From the IMG/VR virus record IMGVR_UViG_3300032242_000818, positions 64,001-128,000 of that record: a DNA stretch of 64,000 nt. One strand, written 5' to 3'. Of the stretch, positions 54,912 through 64,000 are shown piece after piece. Position numbers and translations under genes: made by a program. Origin of the DNA: a virus. Each line of letters begins with the position of its first letter. Position 1 is the first letter of the stretch. Under the pieces are notes generated by a model that saw only the letters and a list, made by a program, of their open reading frames with translations, did no database searches and was not told the origin of the DNA.

Positions 54912-57788
54912 TTATGCCTGTGCTTCAGACCAGAATAAGTTAATATTAGTGTTAGAAGTAGTTGTTGAAAGATTCTTAACAACTACCGCAAGAACGTCTG
55001 GACCATCTGGGTAATTTGAATAACCACCAATGGCAGAGTTTGTTAATTCTTTTAGGTTTGACAAGTCAATCTGCGCAAACCCTCCAGGTTGACCCAATGT
55101 ACTAAAGTTTTGTTCACCTGGAGTCGCAGCAGTAGTAGTACTTGTAGAAACCTGAGCAAACGAAGGTTGAGAACCTAAAGCAATAGTATTAACCGCATTC
55201 CAAGTTAATGATGAAGCATCAATATTACCTGGATTTAAAATACCATATACCTGAATAGACTGATCGCCTTGAACTTGTAACTGTTGAAGTAGTAACTGCG
55301 CACGATTAATAAGGTCGCGATCACCGAACTGACCAGCAATTGAGTTTGATACAGATGGTGCTAATCTTAAGAAGAATGCAGTCTTAGATTGTCCTGATGT
55401 TAATGAAATACCAGTTGCAGCGTAGTTAAAGTAGTAACCACGATCTGAATCAAATCCGCCATCCATAATATAAGAAGAACCCCAGTGGTTAACAATTGGT
55501 GAACAAGTACAAGTAATTAAAGTTACCGCAGTGTATCCATTACCAACAGCATGACTCGCTGCAGCGCCACCAGAGAATGTCTTATTAGAACCACCAACGA
55601 ACATTGAGAATGATGCACCACGAGTACATCCAGTTAATGTATTACCTGCTTTACCAGTATAATTAATATATTCATTTTCAATAAGAATAGTACCACCAGT
55701 AGCTGGGAAACGAGAAGCATCATATAATACAACTGAAGTAACAGAAGTATTCATGGCAGTTGCTAAACGATCGCGAGCTGATTCATTAATCGCTTGATAG
55801 CGAACTGCACTGTTACCAGTACGCATATATGCTTCATCGTTCACGTTGTTTTGTTTCATACGATGAACAGGAATCATATTACCATCTGGACCACGTAGCA
55901 TAAAGTCAATAAAACCAGCACCATACCAAGAGAATGAAACCCCAAGCATTTGCATTTTGTTTAGGTTAACTGCATAACCAGAAATACCAGTACCATCAAT
56001 CTTATCAAAGTTAAACTGAGATTGTGGAACACGTGTATCAATAATTTGAGCAATCTTGATACCTGAAGAGGCATTAACACCACGATACTCTGGGTTAATA
56101 GACATAGTAGTATCATCAGTAATAGAACCAACACGATATGTCATACCACGAATAACAATACTATCGCCTTGTTTTAACTGTTGAGTAAAACGAGTTGATG
56201 TGCCAGTAATTGCCTGAGACCCTGGAGTAACAGAAATAAATCCTGATAACTGATATGTTGCAGAACGCTTAACAACTGCTAATTCTTGCCCATCAAATTC
56301 CCAGAATAATCCATTTTGATCATCGAATGGACCGCATCGAGTACTTGCACCAATCCAATTCTTAACTGTAACACGTGGTAAGTTAGTAATAACAGCAGAA
56401 GTGCTACCAAGAACTGCTTGGGCATTAACTGTGAACGTAGATTCGTTAATAATAGAAACTACACCATATGTACCATTGTAACCAGAAGTAACAACACCTG
56501 CAATCTCAACAGTACAACCAGATTGTAAACCATGGTCAACTTCAGTTGAAACTGTAATTGCTGAACCAACAGTTGTAGCAGCTGCAGAGATTTGGTCAAG
56601 GTTTAAAACTGGATTGAATAAAACACCAGAAGTCCAAAGAATACCTTTACCTGATTGGTAACGCATATACTTTTTAGTTTGACGAGCAACAGATGCGCCA
56701 TGTGAAGGTAAGAATGTACCAATGTTAACACCACCATCGAATGGTCTATGTTGAACATAAGCATCAGAACGAGTGAATGTATTTGCAACAATACTAGAGT
56801 TTTGTACTGCGCCACCAACTCGAGCAGTAAATGTAAACGTAGTTGCAGAAGGTACTGTTTCAACGAAAAAGTTACCATTCATTAAACTGTGATAAGTTCC
56901 AGTAGAAGTAACTACGTTAACAATAGGCGCACCAGCAATTAAACCATGGTTTGCTGATAAAGTTACTGTAATTTTTGAAGGAGAGTTACCATCAGAAGTA
57001 TAACCAGTAACTGGTAAATTTGCACCAGCATAGAAACCACCACGACGTGCGTAAGTAGATTGGTTAAAAACAGAAGTTCCGCTAGTTCCTACAATACCTT
57101 TAGCAAAGTAAGTAAACGAATTATTATCAGGAACAGAGGTAATAACGAACGCACCTTCAGCACGAGCAGCAGCAGAAGTTCCTGCGCAACCGAATACAAT
57201 AACTGGAGTAGCAATTGAGAGACCGTGAGCCTGTGAAGTGGTAACAGTCATAACAGATGGGTTACCACCATCTGATGTAATATTAGTTACGAACAAGTCA
57301 AGACCTGGTTTTTCGTAGATACCTGGAATACCACGGATATCTGAATAGTTCTGCCACTTAGTAGGCTGTAAACCATATTCAAAGTCAGCGTCAATTAATG
57401 ATTGTGGATTAGCAACACGTTGGCGTTCAATAGCATCAACACCAAAAGCATATGGGCGAGTAATGTTACCAACATATTTTGGAGCATCAGAGTAAATAGC
57501 CAACTTATCAGTTGACAACATTGTTGAAGTATCAGCTGCAAAAGTTACAGTAGTTACACCAACCTGTTCAGAATATTGAGCAGTACCACCCATAAAAGTA
57601 GTATCAGTAGCATCATATGCAATCGTACCATTCTTTGTTGGGTCACCAATAGCGTAGATGTTTGTTTGCTGAGTTTTATTCGCAATAATCAAAAGCTGAG
57701 TTAAATCAACTTTACCAGGGAACTTAACAGTTCCTGATCCCGCTATGTTTGGTGAGAAAATATATTTTTCAACTAACTGACGTGCCAT
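54912..57788 (-). CDS. Large virion structural protein
   Basis: PQSLIDADFEYGLQPTKW, repeated HGL beta modules, RQTKKYMRYQSGKG. Confidence 0.65.
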   Translation of the reverse strand: MARQLVEKYIFSPNIAGSGTVKFPGKVDLTQLLIIANKTQQTNIYAIGDPTKNGTIAYDATDTTFMGGTAQYSEQVGVTTVTFAADTSTMLSTDKLAIYSDAPKYVGNITRPYAFGVDAIERQRVANPQSLIDADFEYGLQPTKWQNYSDIRGIPGIYEKPGLDLFVTNITSDGGNPSVMTVTTSQAHGLSIATPVIVFGCAGTSAAARAEGAFVITSVPDNNSFTYFAKGIVGTSGTSVFNQSTYARRGGFYAGANLPVTGYTSDGNSPSKITVTLSANHGLIAGAPIVNVVTSTGTYHSLMNGNFFVETVPSATTFTFTARVGGAVQNSSIVANTFTRSDAYVQHRPFDGGVNIGTFLPSHGASVARQTKKYMRYQSGKGILWTSGVLFNPVLNLDQISAAATTVGSAITVSTEVDHGLQSGCTVEIAGVVTSGYNGTYGVVSIINESTFTVNAQAVLGSTSAVITNLPRVTVKNWIGASTRCGPFDDQNGLFWEFDGQELAVVKRSATYQLSGFISVTPGSQAITGTSTRFTQQLKQGDSIVIRGMTYRVGSITDDTTMSINPEYRGVNASSGIKIAQIIDTRVPQSQFNFDKIDGTGISGYAVNLNKMQMLGVSFSWYGAGFIDFMLRGPDGNMIPVHRMKQNNVNDEAYMRTGNSAVRYQAINESARDRLATAMNTSVTSVVLYDASRFPATGGTILIENEYINYTGKAGNTLTGCTRGASFSMFVGGSNKTFSGGAAASHAVGNGYTAVTLITCTCSPIVNHWGSSYIMDGGFDSDRGYYFNYAATGISLTSGQSKTAFFLRLAPSVSNSIAGQFGDRDLINRAQLLLQQLQVQGDQSIQVYGILNPGNIDASSLTWNAVNTIALGSQPSFAQVSTSTTTAATPGEQNFSTLGQPGGFAQIDLSNLKELTNSAIGGYSNYPDGPDVLAVVVKNLSTTTSNTNINLFWSEAQA

Positions 57789-57797
57789 GTTATATCC

Positions 57798-58949
57798 TTA
57801 GAATCCGAAAATAATTGAGTAACCAAGATAATCTGACTTCACAGATTGATCAAGGTTGTTAATAGAAACAATACCGTCTAATCGCAATACACCGCAATCA
57901 TACGAAAGTGGAACTGAACCACCGACTGAGCCTAGATCTTCTGTTGCAATAATATTGGAATCATATACATAACCAAGATCTGAAGTTGCTTGAGCTGCGA
58001 AGGTTGCCGAAGAACCAGAAGTACCAGTGTATCCAATTTGAATACCACCACTGGTATTAGTAATTTGAATATATGAACCAGCACTAATACGGTTCAGAGT
58101 AAATCCATTTGAGGAATTACCGATTAAAATTTGACCAACTTCAGGTAGAGTTGTTTGGCCAGTACCACCCTGCGCAATACCCAATTGAGTAGTCAGAGTT
58201 AAAGAATTAAGAGTTGTATCACCAGCATTAAGTGTACTACTTAAAGTAGTTGCACCAGTAACACCCAGTGTGCCACCGATAGTAGTATTACCAGTAATCC
58301 CCATAGTTGATGAGAACGTACCAGTTGTGCCAGTAATACCAGCTGCAACAATATTAGCAAGAGTTCCAGTAATTACTTCAGAACTATTGGTTGTATTTAA
58401 TAGGAAACGAATATCACCAGTTGCTTGTTTATAACCGATAAAACCGTATCTGTTAGCACCAGAATAATAATTGAATTCTAGACCACGATCTTTACTATCA
58501 TTAGAAGATAGTGTGCCACCACCAACAGCAGTACCAATTCTAATAATTGGATCAACAATAGTAGTTACTGTTGAGTTAATTGTTTCAGTAGTACCATTAA
58601 GTGTAATATTTCCAGTTACAGTTAATGATCCACTGATGGTAGTATTACCAGTAACACCAAGAGTGCCACCAATAGTAGTATTACCAGTAACACCTAATGT
58701 TCCACCAACTGTGGCATTACCACTTAACCCTAATGTTGCTCCAGTGAAACCACCTGCACCAAGTGCAAGATTAGAACCTGAGATTACGTTTGTTAGATTC
58801 GCACGAGCAGTTTCATGACCACCAGCAGAAGAACCATCATGGATATGCAATGACTGGTTAGTAGTATCAAGCGTGAGTTCTCCCGCAGCACCAGTAAATG
58901 TGGTGTGTTGGGCAGCAGTACCTCTTCTAACTTGTAATTGAATGGCCAT
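57798..58949 (-). CDS. Fibre-like protein with an Mtd-like N-terminal module
   Basis: IQLQVRRGT..FTGAAGELTLDT...HDG; GGTLGVTGNTT repeats. Confidence 0.7.
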   Translation of the reverse strand: MAIQLQVRRGTAAQHTTFTGAAGELTLDTTNQSLHIHDGSSAGGHETARANLTNVISGSNLALGAGGFTGATLGLSGNATVGGTLGVTGNTTIGGTLGVTGNTTISGSLTVTGNITLNGTTETINSTVTTIVDPIIRIGTAVGGGTLSSNDSKDRGLEFNYYSGANRYGFIGYKQATGDIRFLLNTTNSSEVITGTLANIVAAGITGTTGTFSSTMGITGNTTIGGTLGVTGATTLSSTLNAGDTTLNSLTLTTQLGIAQGGTGQTTLPEVGQILIGNSSNGFTLNRISAGSYIQITNTSGGIQIGYTGTSGSSATFAAQATSDLGYVYDSNIIATEDLGSVGGSVPLSYDCGVLRLDGIVSINNLDQSVKSDYLGYSIIFGF

Positions 58950-58960
58950 ATATTATTCTC

Positions 58961-61522
58961 TTATACTATTGAACCATGGTCTTGCATGGTCATAACTGTT
59001 TCCGTGATATATCCAAAATCGTAGGGAACAACCCCTGAGGCAGTTGATCCACTTGCTCCAGTAACAGCAACAGTGCCATCACCTGCGATTTGTAAACCAC
59101 TACCAATTTTAATACCACCAAGTACCGAACTGGAAGCGATTGGAAGAGTATAACTTCCACCACCACCTCCAGAAGACGCAGCCCACTGAACACCAGATCC
59201 AGTAGATGTTAAAACATAACCGCTTGTACCAGTACTACCGTCAGCAGTTAATGAACCAGTAATTATTGGACTATTTAGTGTTTTATTAGTTAGTGTTTGA
59301 GAACCAGTATTTGTAGTTACAACTGAGGTATCTACAGAAATAGTTCCAGTTGTAGTAATTGCGCTACCAGTAGAACTTGTTAAACCAGTTCCAGCTGTAA
59401 TAGAAGTTACTGTTCCAGAACCACCACTAGAAGCAGTTGAACTAATAACACCACTACCATCGATAGTAATTGTAGTACCATCAACTTTAACAGCACCAAA
59501 TGCACTTGTTGTTGCAACAGGTAATCTAGCAGCAGCGATAGTACCAGTAAGATTACTTGCAGCTAAAGAACCAGAAAGAGTAGTTGCGCTGAAAGTTCCA
59601 CTTAATGCTAAAGTAGTTGTGCCAGAAGTCCAAGATAACGCAGTAAGTGGACTAACAGCAGTTGTTGAACTTGCATAATATGCTAGTTGGCCAGCAGTAC
59701 CTGCGTTAACAGTACCTGAACCAGTACCACCACTACCTGACGAACTAATAATACCATTGGCATCAATAGTAATAGAAGATCCATCAACACGAACCGCACC
59801 TAATGCACCAGTAGTTGCTTTAGGCAATGATGATGATTGGATAGTTCCAACGATATTTGCAGCAGTAACAGAACCAGCAGATCCAGAAACTGAACCAGTA
59901 ATTGTATTAGTAACTGTTAAGTTTGTAAGCGTACCAACAGAAGTTAAACTTGAGTTGACTACGTTGGCTGCTAATGTTGTTCCTGTTAATTGACCAGCTG
60001 CTGCAGCACCAACTGGAGCAGAAGCAGTAATAACACCATTGGTAATTGTAATAGAAGTACCATCAATCTTAACCGCACCAAGTGTAGTTGTTGTTGCGAC
60101 TGGTAATCTAGCAGCAGGTAATGTTCCGCTAGTTATATTTGAAGCATCAGTTGTATCAGTGGTTGCTGACGTAGCAAGACCAGTGATTTTACTTCCTGCT
60201 AAACTTGTAATCCAAGTAGGGTTAGCGTATGATACTGTTGTATAAACACCATTAGTAACAGAACCAGCATTTCCAGTAACACTACCAGAAATTGGGTTAG
60301 TAACAGTAAGGTTTGCTAATGTACCAACAGAAGTTAAACTTGACGAAACTACGTTTGAAGCAAGAGTAGTTCCTGTTAATGCTGAAGCTGGGGCAGTAAT
60401 ACCAGATTGAGTAACAGAAATAATACCACTGGAAATACCGATAGTAGTTCCATCAACTTTAACACCACCAAGTTGTGTTGCTGAAGCAGTCGCTAAACCA
60501 ATAGTTCCACTAGTATTTGTAATTCCACTAGTACCAACTACTGGAATAATTACGCCACCAAGCGTTGTGGTAGTTGCAGCACCAAGCGTATATGAACTTG
60601 TGCCAGTAATTGTTAATGTTTTGGTTGAACTATTTGTTGTTAAAGTAATACCAGTGCCAGCTGCTACTGTTAGCGTATCAGTTGCAGAACCAGCAGTAAT
60701 ATTTGTTTGACCTGAAACTGCAACTGTAGAAAATATTGCAGAGGGTATAGTTGGTTTATTTGTTAGATCAGTATATGAGCCACTAAACAAAGTAGGTTTG
60801 TTTATAAGGTCAGTATAAGATCCAGATGTAGCAACAGTTGCTAATGAAGGCGCACCAGATAAACTAGAATATGCACCATCAAAAACTGTGGAAATAGTAC
60901 CAGCTGTTACTGATAAACCACTACCAACAATTACACCACCAAGTGTAGTTATCGTTGCAGCTGGAAGAGTATATGATGCAGGAAGTGCTGCCCAAGCAAC
61001 ACCAGTTCCAGTAGATTTTAAATAATATCCATTAGTACCTACTGAACCACCAGCAGATAATGTGCCTGTTAAAACTGCGTTACCAATAGATGGTGCAGTT
61101 AAAGTTTTATTTGTTAGGGTTTGTGAAGAAGTAAGTTCAACTAAAGTTTTGCGACCACTACCAGTACCTATTGTAAGAGTACCAATAGAAGAATCATAAA
61201 CTGCTGATGCAACATCAGTCTGACTAGCAGAAGTTGATGTTGGTAGGATTAATATACCTTGATCAAGCGTGACAGTACCTTGACTAATACTTGGTGTATT
61301 AAGTACTGGACTTGTAAGGGTTTTATTTGTTAGAGTTTGTGTTGCTGTTAGTGTAACTATACCAGAGTTATACGCAGCAAAGGATTGGATAATGTTATTA
61401 GCATTTTTGAAATACAGTAAGCCATCAGCATAGTTTAATGCCAATTCACCGTAGTCCAAGTCAGTCGTTGCTGGGGCTTTGCCCACTACAGACGACTTCT
61501 TGAGTAAAACTTTATTACTCAT
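58961..61522 (-). CDS. Repetitive tail/head fibre protein
   Basis: LKKSSVVGKAP...GELALNYADG, QTLTNKTL repeats, LPxATTTTLGxVKVDG repeats. Confidence 0.7.
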   Translation of the reverse strand: MSNKVLLKKSSVVGKAPATTDLDYGELALNYADGLLYFKNANNIIQSFAAYNSGIVTLTATQTLTNKTLTSPVLNTPSISQGTVTLDQGILILPTSTSASQTDVASAVYDSSIGTLTIGTGSGRKTLVELTSSQTLTNKTLTAPSIGNAVLTGTLSAGGSVGTNGYYLKSTGTGVAWAALPASYTLPAATITTLGGVIVGSGLSVTAGTISTVFDGAYSSLSGAPSLATVATSGSYTDLINKPTLFSGSYTDLTNKPTIPSAIFSTVAVSGQTNITAGSATDTLTVAAGTGITLTTNSSTKTLTITGTSSYTLGAATTTTLGGVIIPVVGTSGITNTSGTIGLATASATQLGGVKVDGTTIGISSGIISVTQSGITAPASALTGTTLASNVVSSSLTSVGTLANLTVTNPISGSVTGNAGSVTNGVYTTVSYANPTWITSLAGSKITGLATSATTDTTDASNITSGTLPAARLPVATTTTLGAVKIDGTSITITNGVITASAPVGAAAAGQLTGTTLAANVVNSSLTSVGTLTNLTVTNTITGSVSGSAGSVTAANIVGTIQSSSLPKATTGALGAVRVDGSSITIDANGIISSSGSGGTGSGTVNAGTAGQLAYYASSTTAVSPLTALSWTSGTTTLALSGTFSATTLSGSLAASNLTGTIAAARLPVATTSAFGAVKVDGTTITIDGSGVISSTASSGGSGTVTSITAGTGLTSSTGSAITTTGTISVDTSVVTTNTGSQTLTNKTLNSPIITGSLTADGSTGTSGYVLTSTGSGVQWAASSGGGGGSYTLPIASSSVLGGIKIGSGLQIAGDGTVAVTGASGSTASGVVPYDFGYITETVMTMQDHGSIV

Positions 61523-61573
61523 CCATATCCCTAAAAAGGTTAGCTGGGGATAAAAATCCCCAGTGTTATACTA

Positions 61574-61580
61574 TATTTAG
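61574..61580 (-). promoter_or_regulatory. Late promoter (CTAAATA) followed by a hairpin
   Basis: Intergenic; CTGGGGAT..ATCCCCAG stem just downstream. Confidence 0.5.
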
Positions 61581-63998
61581 TTAGTACGTACCACCATCAA
61601 TTTGGAAACCATCCAAAGTTGATGTCGTTGCGCCAGCACCAGTAATGTTGGTACCAACGTAGATTGCTTTAGTTACTGCCAAACCACCAGACATAACAAC
61701 ACCAGCAGTTGTTAAGTTAGTAGCATCAGTACTATTTGTTAGAGTAACTAGACCAGAAGCAGCAAGAGTTGTACCACTAAAACTAGAAGCAGTAATTGTT
61801 TTATTGCTTAATGCTTCAGTTCCTGCTAAAGTAGCAAGAGTACCACTTGTTGGTAGAGTTACTGAAGTATTACCAGTAACAGCGATTGCAGTGCTAAATG
61901 CACCTGTTAAAGATAATGAACCAGCAGTAGAAACATTACCACCTAGAGTAATAGTATATGATCCATTATTAACACCAGTACCACCATAAGTTGGTCCAAT
62001 AATAGTACCTTGCCAAGTACCAGTACCAATAGTACCTAATGTAGTAATTGAAGTCTGACCAACATATGATGCAGAGATATCAATATTATCAGCGTTAGCA
62101 ATAATTCTATTTGTAGTACCAACTACGTTTAAAGTATTACCAGATTTAGTTAAACCATCACCAGCGATAACAGAACCAGCACCAGAGAACTGAACGAATG
62201 TTAAAACAGTTGTATCAATTGTTACACTGCCGTCTGTTGTAAGAACATAACCATTGTCTGCACCAATAGTACCTTCTTCAACAAAAGTAAACATTCCTGG
62301 AGTAACTTCACCACTTGGAGAGTTATCAGCATCAGTGGCACGAGTCAATACCCAGTTAGTAGAAGCAGAACCAACAGTAGTAACAGTATAGATACCGTTA
62401 TTTTGACCAAGTGTTTGATCTTTAACTAAAACACGATCGCCAGAAACTAGGACGATACTATCAATAGTAAGAGCAGCTTGGGTTCCAGAGTTAGTAAGTG
62501 TTTTACCAGCACCTGTACCAGAAGCAGTAGCAGTTAAGTTGGCAGTAGTAGCAACACGAACTGAATCTTTAATATCCAGTGCTTGTTTAACAGCATCAAC
62601 ATAACCTTTATTGGCAGCATCAGTTGCTTGAGTAGGAGTTGCGACTGAAGTAATACGGAAACTACCAACGTCAACAGTACCAGAACCAGTTGGTGTAAGA
62701 TTAACACTTTGGTTAGAGCCACCAGCTGCGAATGTTAACGAACCAGTACCAGTGATAGAACCAGTTGTAGAACCAGTACCACCATAAGCAACACCGATAG
62801 TATTACCATTCCAAGTAGAACCAGAACCAATAGTCTTATTTTGTAATGTTTCAGTACCAGTTAAAGTAGCAAGAGTACCACTTGTTGGTAGTGTTAATGA
62901 TGTGGTATTAGTAGCAGTTAATGTTACACCATATGCTCCAGCAGTAGTTAAAGTGCTACCATCTGCTAACGCTAAAGTTGCACTAGTTGCAGGAGCAGTA
63001 AACGCTACTTTGTTTATAGATGTAGCAGTGGCAACACCAAGAACTGGAGTAACTAATGTTGGACTAGTAGCAAGAACAACTGAACCAGTACCAGTTACAG
63101 CTGTAATACCTGTTCCATTAATCTGGAACACATTACCTGTTGCAGCAGTATTAAATGTCTTGTTAGTAAATGTATCAGTAGTGGCACGACCAACTAAAGT
63201 ATCTGTAGAAGTTGGTAGAGTTAATGTACCACTGTTAACAATAGTTGCAATTACTGGAGAAGTAAGAGTTTTATTTGTTAGAGTATCAGTTGTTGCTTTA
63301 CCAACTAAAGTATCAGTTGTAGCTGGTAGTGTTAGAGTACCAGAAGCAGTTGCTGAAGCAGCAAGAGTAGTAGTGCCTGAAGAAGAACCAGAGAATAATG
63401 CACCACCAGAACCAATAGTTGGAGTTGTAAGAGATGGGCTTACTGCAAATACATTAGCACCAGTACCAGTATAAGAGTTGAAACCAGTAATCTCTTGTAC
63501 CCATGTTTCTGCGCCAGTCGATGCAACAGTGAATGTTACTTGTGTACCAGCCTGAATAGTAGCAAGAGCACCAGAAGTAGAAGTCTGAATAGTCAGAGCA
63601 CCAGTACTATTGTTAGTAAGAATAAATTCTTGACCAACAGTAAGAGTAGCGGTAGAAGGTAACTTAATAGTCTGACTAGTTGAACCAGTAAAATATTGGT
63701 TTGCTGAACTAGATGCTGTTAGAGTAGTAGTTGTTCCACCAGTAGCAGTTGAAGTATAACCACCTGCGCCGATAGAAGAAATTGTAACTGTTTGACCAGA
63801 TACAGAAGTGGTAATACCATTACCACCAGTAAAGGTTAATGTTTGGGATAGTAGAGCAACAGAACCAGTAGTAGCACCACCAGCTGCTAAACTTAAAGTA
63901 GCAGCAGAAGCAGCCCAAGTAGATGTACCACTACCATCAGTAGTTAAAACATAACCATTAGTACCAGCTGATCTTGGTAATGTCCAAGTACCAGCAAT
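61581..63998 (-). CDS. Long fibre protein, 5' end outside the window
   Basis: Manual reading shows the frame of the 61581-63131 ORF stays open to the window edge. TLPxxxGTLAT repeats (a 30 bp exact repeat at 61827-61856 and 62862-62891), DAANKGYVD, DRVLVKDQ..QNNGIY, C-terminal IDGGTY. Confidence 0.75.
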   Translation of the reverse strand: MAGTWTLPRSAGTNGYVLTTDGSGTSTWAASAATLSLAAGGATTGSVALLSQTLTFTGGNGITTSVSGQTVTISSIGAGGYTSTATGGTTTTLTASSSANQYFTGSTSQTIKLPSTATLTVGQEFILTNNSTGALTIQTSTSGALATIQAGTQVTFTVASTGAETWVQEITGFNSYTGTGANVFAVSPSLTTPTIGSGGALFSGSSSGTTTLAASATASGTLTLPATTDTLVGKATTDTLTNKTLTSPVIATIVNSGTLTLPTSTDTLVGRATTDTFTNKTFNTAATGNVFQINGTGITAVTGTGSVVLATSPTLVTPVLGVATATSINKVAFTAPATSATLALADGSTLTTAGAYGVTLTATNTTSLTLPTSGTLATLTGTETLQNKTIGSGSTWNGNTIGVAYGGTGSTTGSITGTGSLTFAAGGSNQSVNLTPTGSGTVDVGSFRITSVATPTQATDAANKGYVDAVKQALDIKDSVRVATTANLTATASGTGAGKTLTNSGTQAALTIDSIVLVSGDRVLVKDQTLGQNNGIYTVTTVGSASTNWVLTRATDADNSPSGEVTPGMFTFVEEGTIGADNGYVLTTDGSVTIDTTVLTFVQFSGAGSVIAGDGLTKSGNTLNVVGTTNRIIANADNIDISASYVGQTSITTLGTIGTGTWQGTIIGPTYGGTGVNNGSYTITLGGNVSTAGSLSLTGAFSTAIAVTGNTSVTLPTSGTLATLAGTEALSNKTITASSFSGTTLAASGLVTLTNSTDATNLTTAGVVMSGGLAVTKAIYVGTNITGAGATTSTLDGFQIDGGTY

Positions 63999-64000
63999 CT

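Noticed and set aside
53302-58949. Diversity-generating retroelement suggested by Mtd-like N-termini
   Set aside because: No reverse transcriptase and no template/variable repeat pair seen in the window.
2105-63474. Plus-strand and nested alternate-frame ORFs in the track (e.g. 33025-33813, 28248-28787, 62902-63474)
   Set aside because: They shadow well-supported minus-strand genes and show no recognisable motifs.
1-64000. tRNA genes or CRISPR arrays
   Set aside because: No intergenic stretch showed a cloverleaf or repeat-spacer pattern; tRNAscan-SE and a CRISPR finder would confirm.

Overview
A 64 kb segment of a T4-like (myovirus) bacteriophage genome, probably from an aquatic phage with a proteobacterial host (inference). 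Essentially all genes are on the minus strand, in the standard genetic code. In transcription order (right to left) it holds: G/S/T-rich fibre genes; neck, terminase, sheath, tube, portal and head genes (gp13-15, 17-23, 3); uvsY, uvsW, gp55, gp47, gp46; an early region with strong sigma70 promoters and a MoxR/VWA pair; clamp, clamp loader and regA; a stress module (Hsp20, rubrerythrin, rubredoxin); and ligase, dexA, gp43, uvsX, gp40, gp41. Directly after gp41 comes the main finding, a predicted DNA base hypermodification cluster (1609-7991): TET/JBP dioxygenase, a second 2OG-Fe(II) oxygenase, class II glutamine amidotransferase, amidoligase, GNAT, amino acid:DNA transferase and P-loop kinase. 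The TET/JBP enzyme ends in the same sliding-clamp-binding tail as the polymerase (SSLESFF vs SSLEDFFG), suggesting fork-coupled modification. Other signals include an unannotated 17-aa peptide with beta-clamp-like motifs between gp47 and gp46, TpG/CpA-poor islands and IHF-consensus sites beside early promoters, a ROSE-like thermometer and candidate structured RNA before hsp20, a lone antisense promoter facing uvsW, and no gp16 at its usual position. All family calls come from motif recognition by eye; no searches were run.
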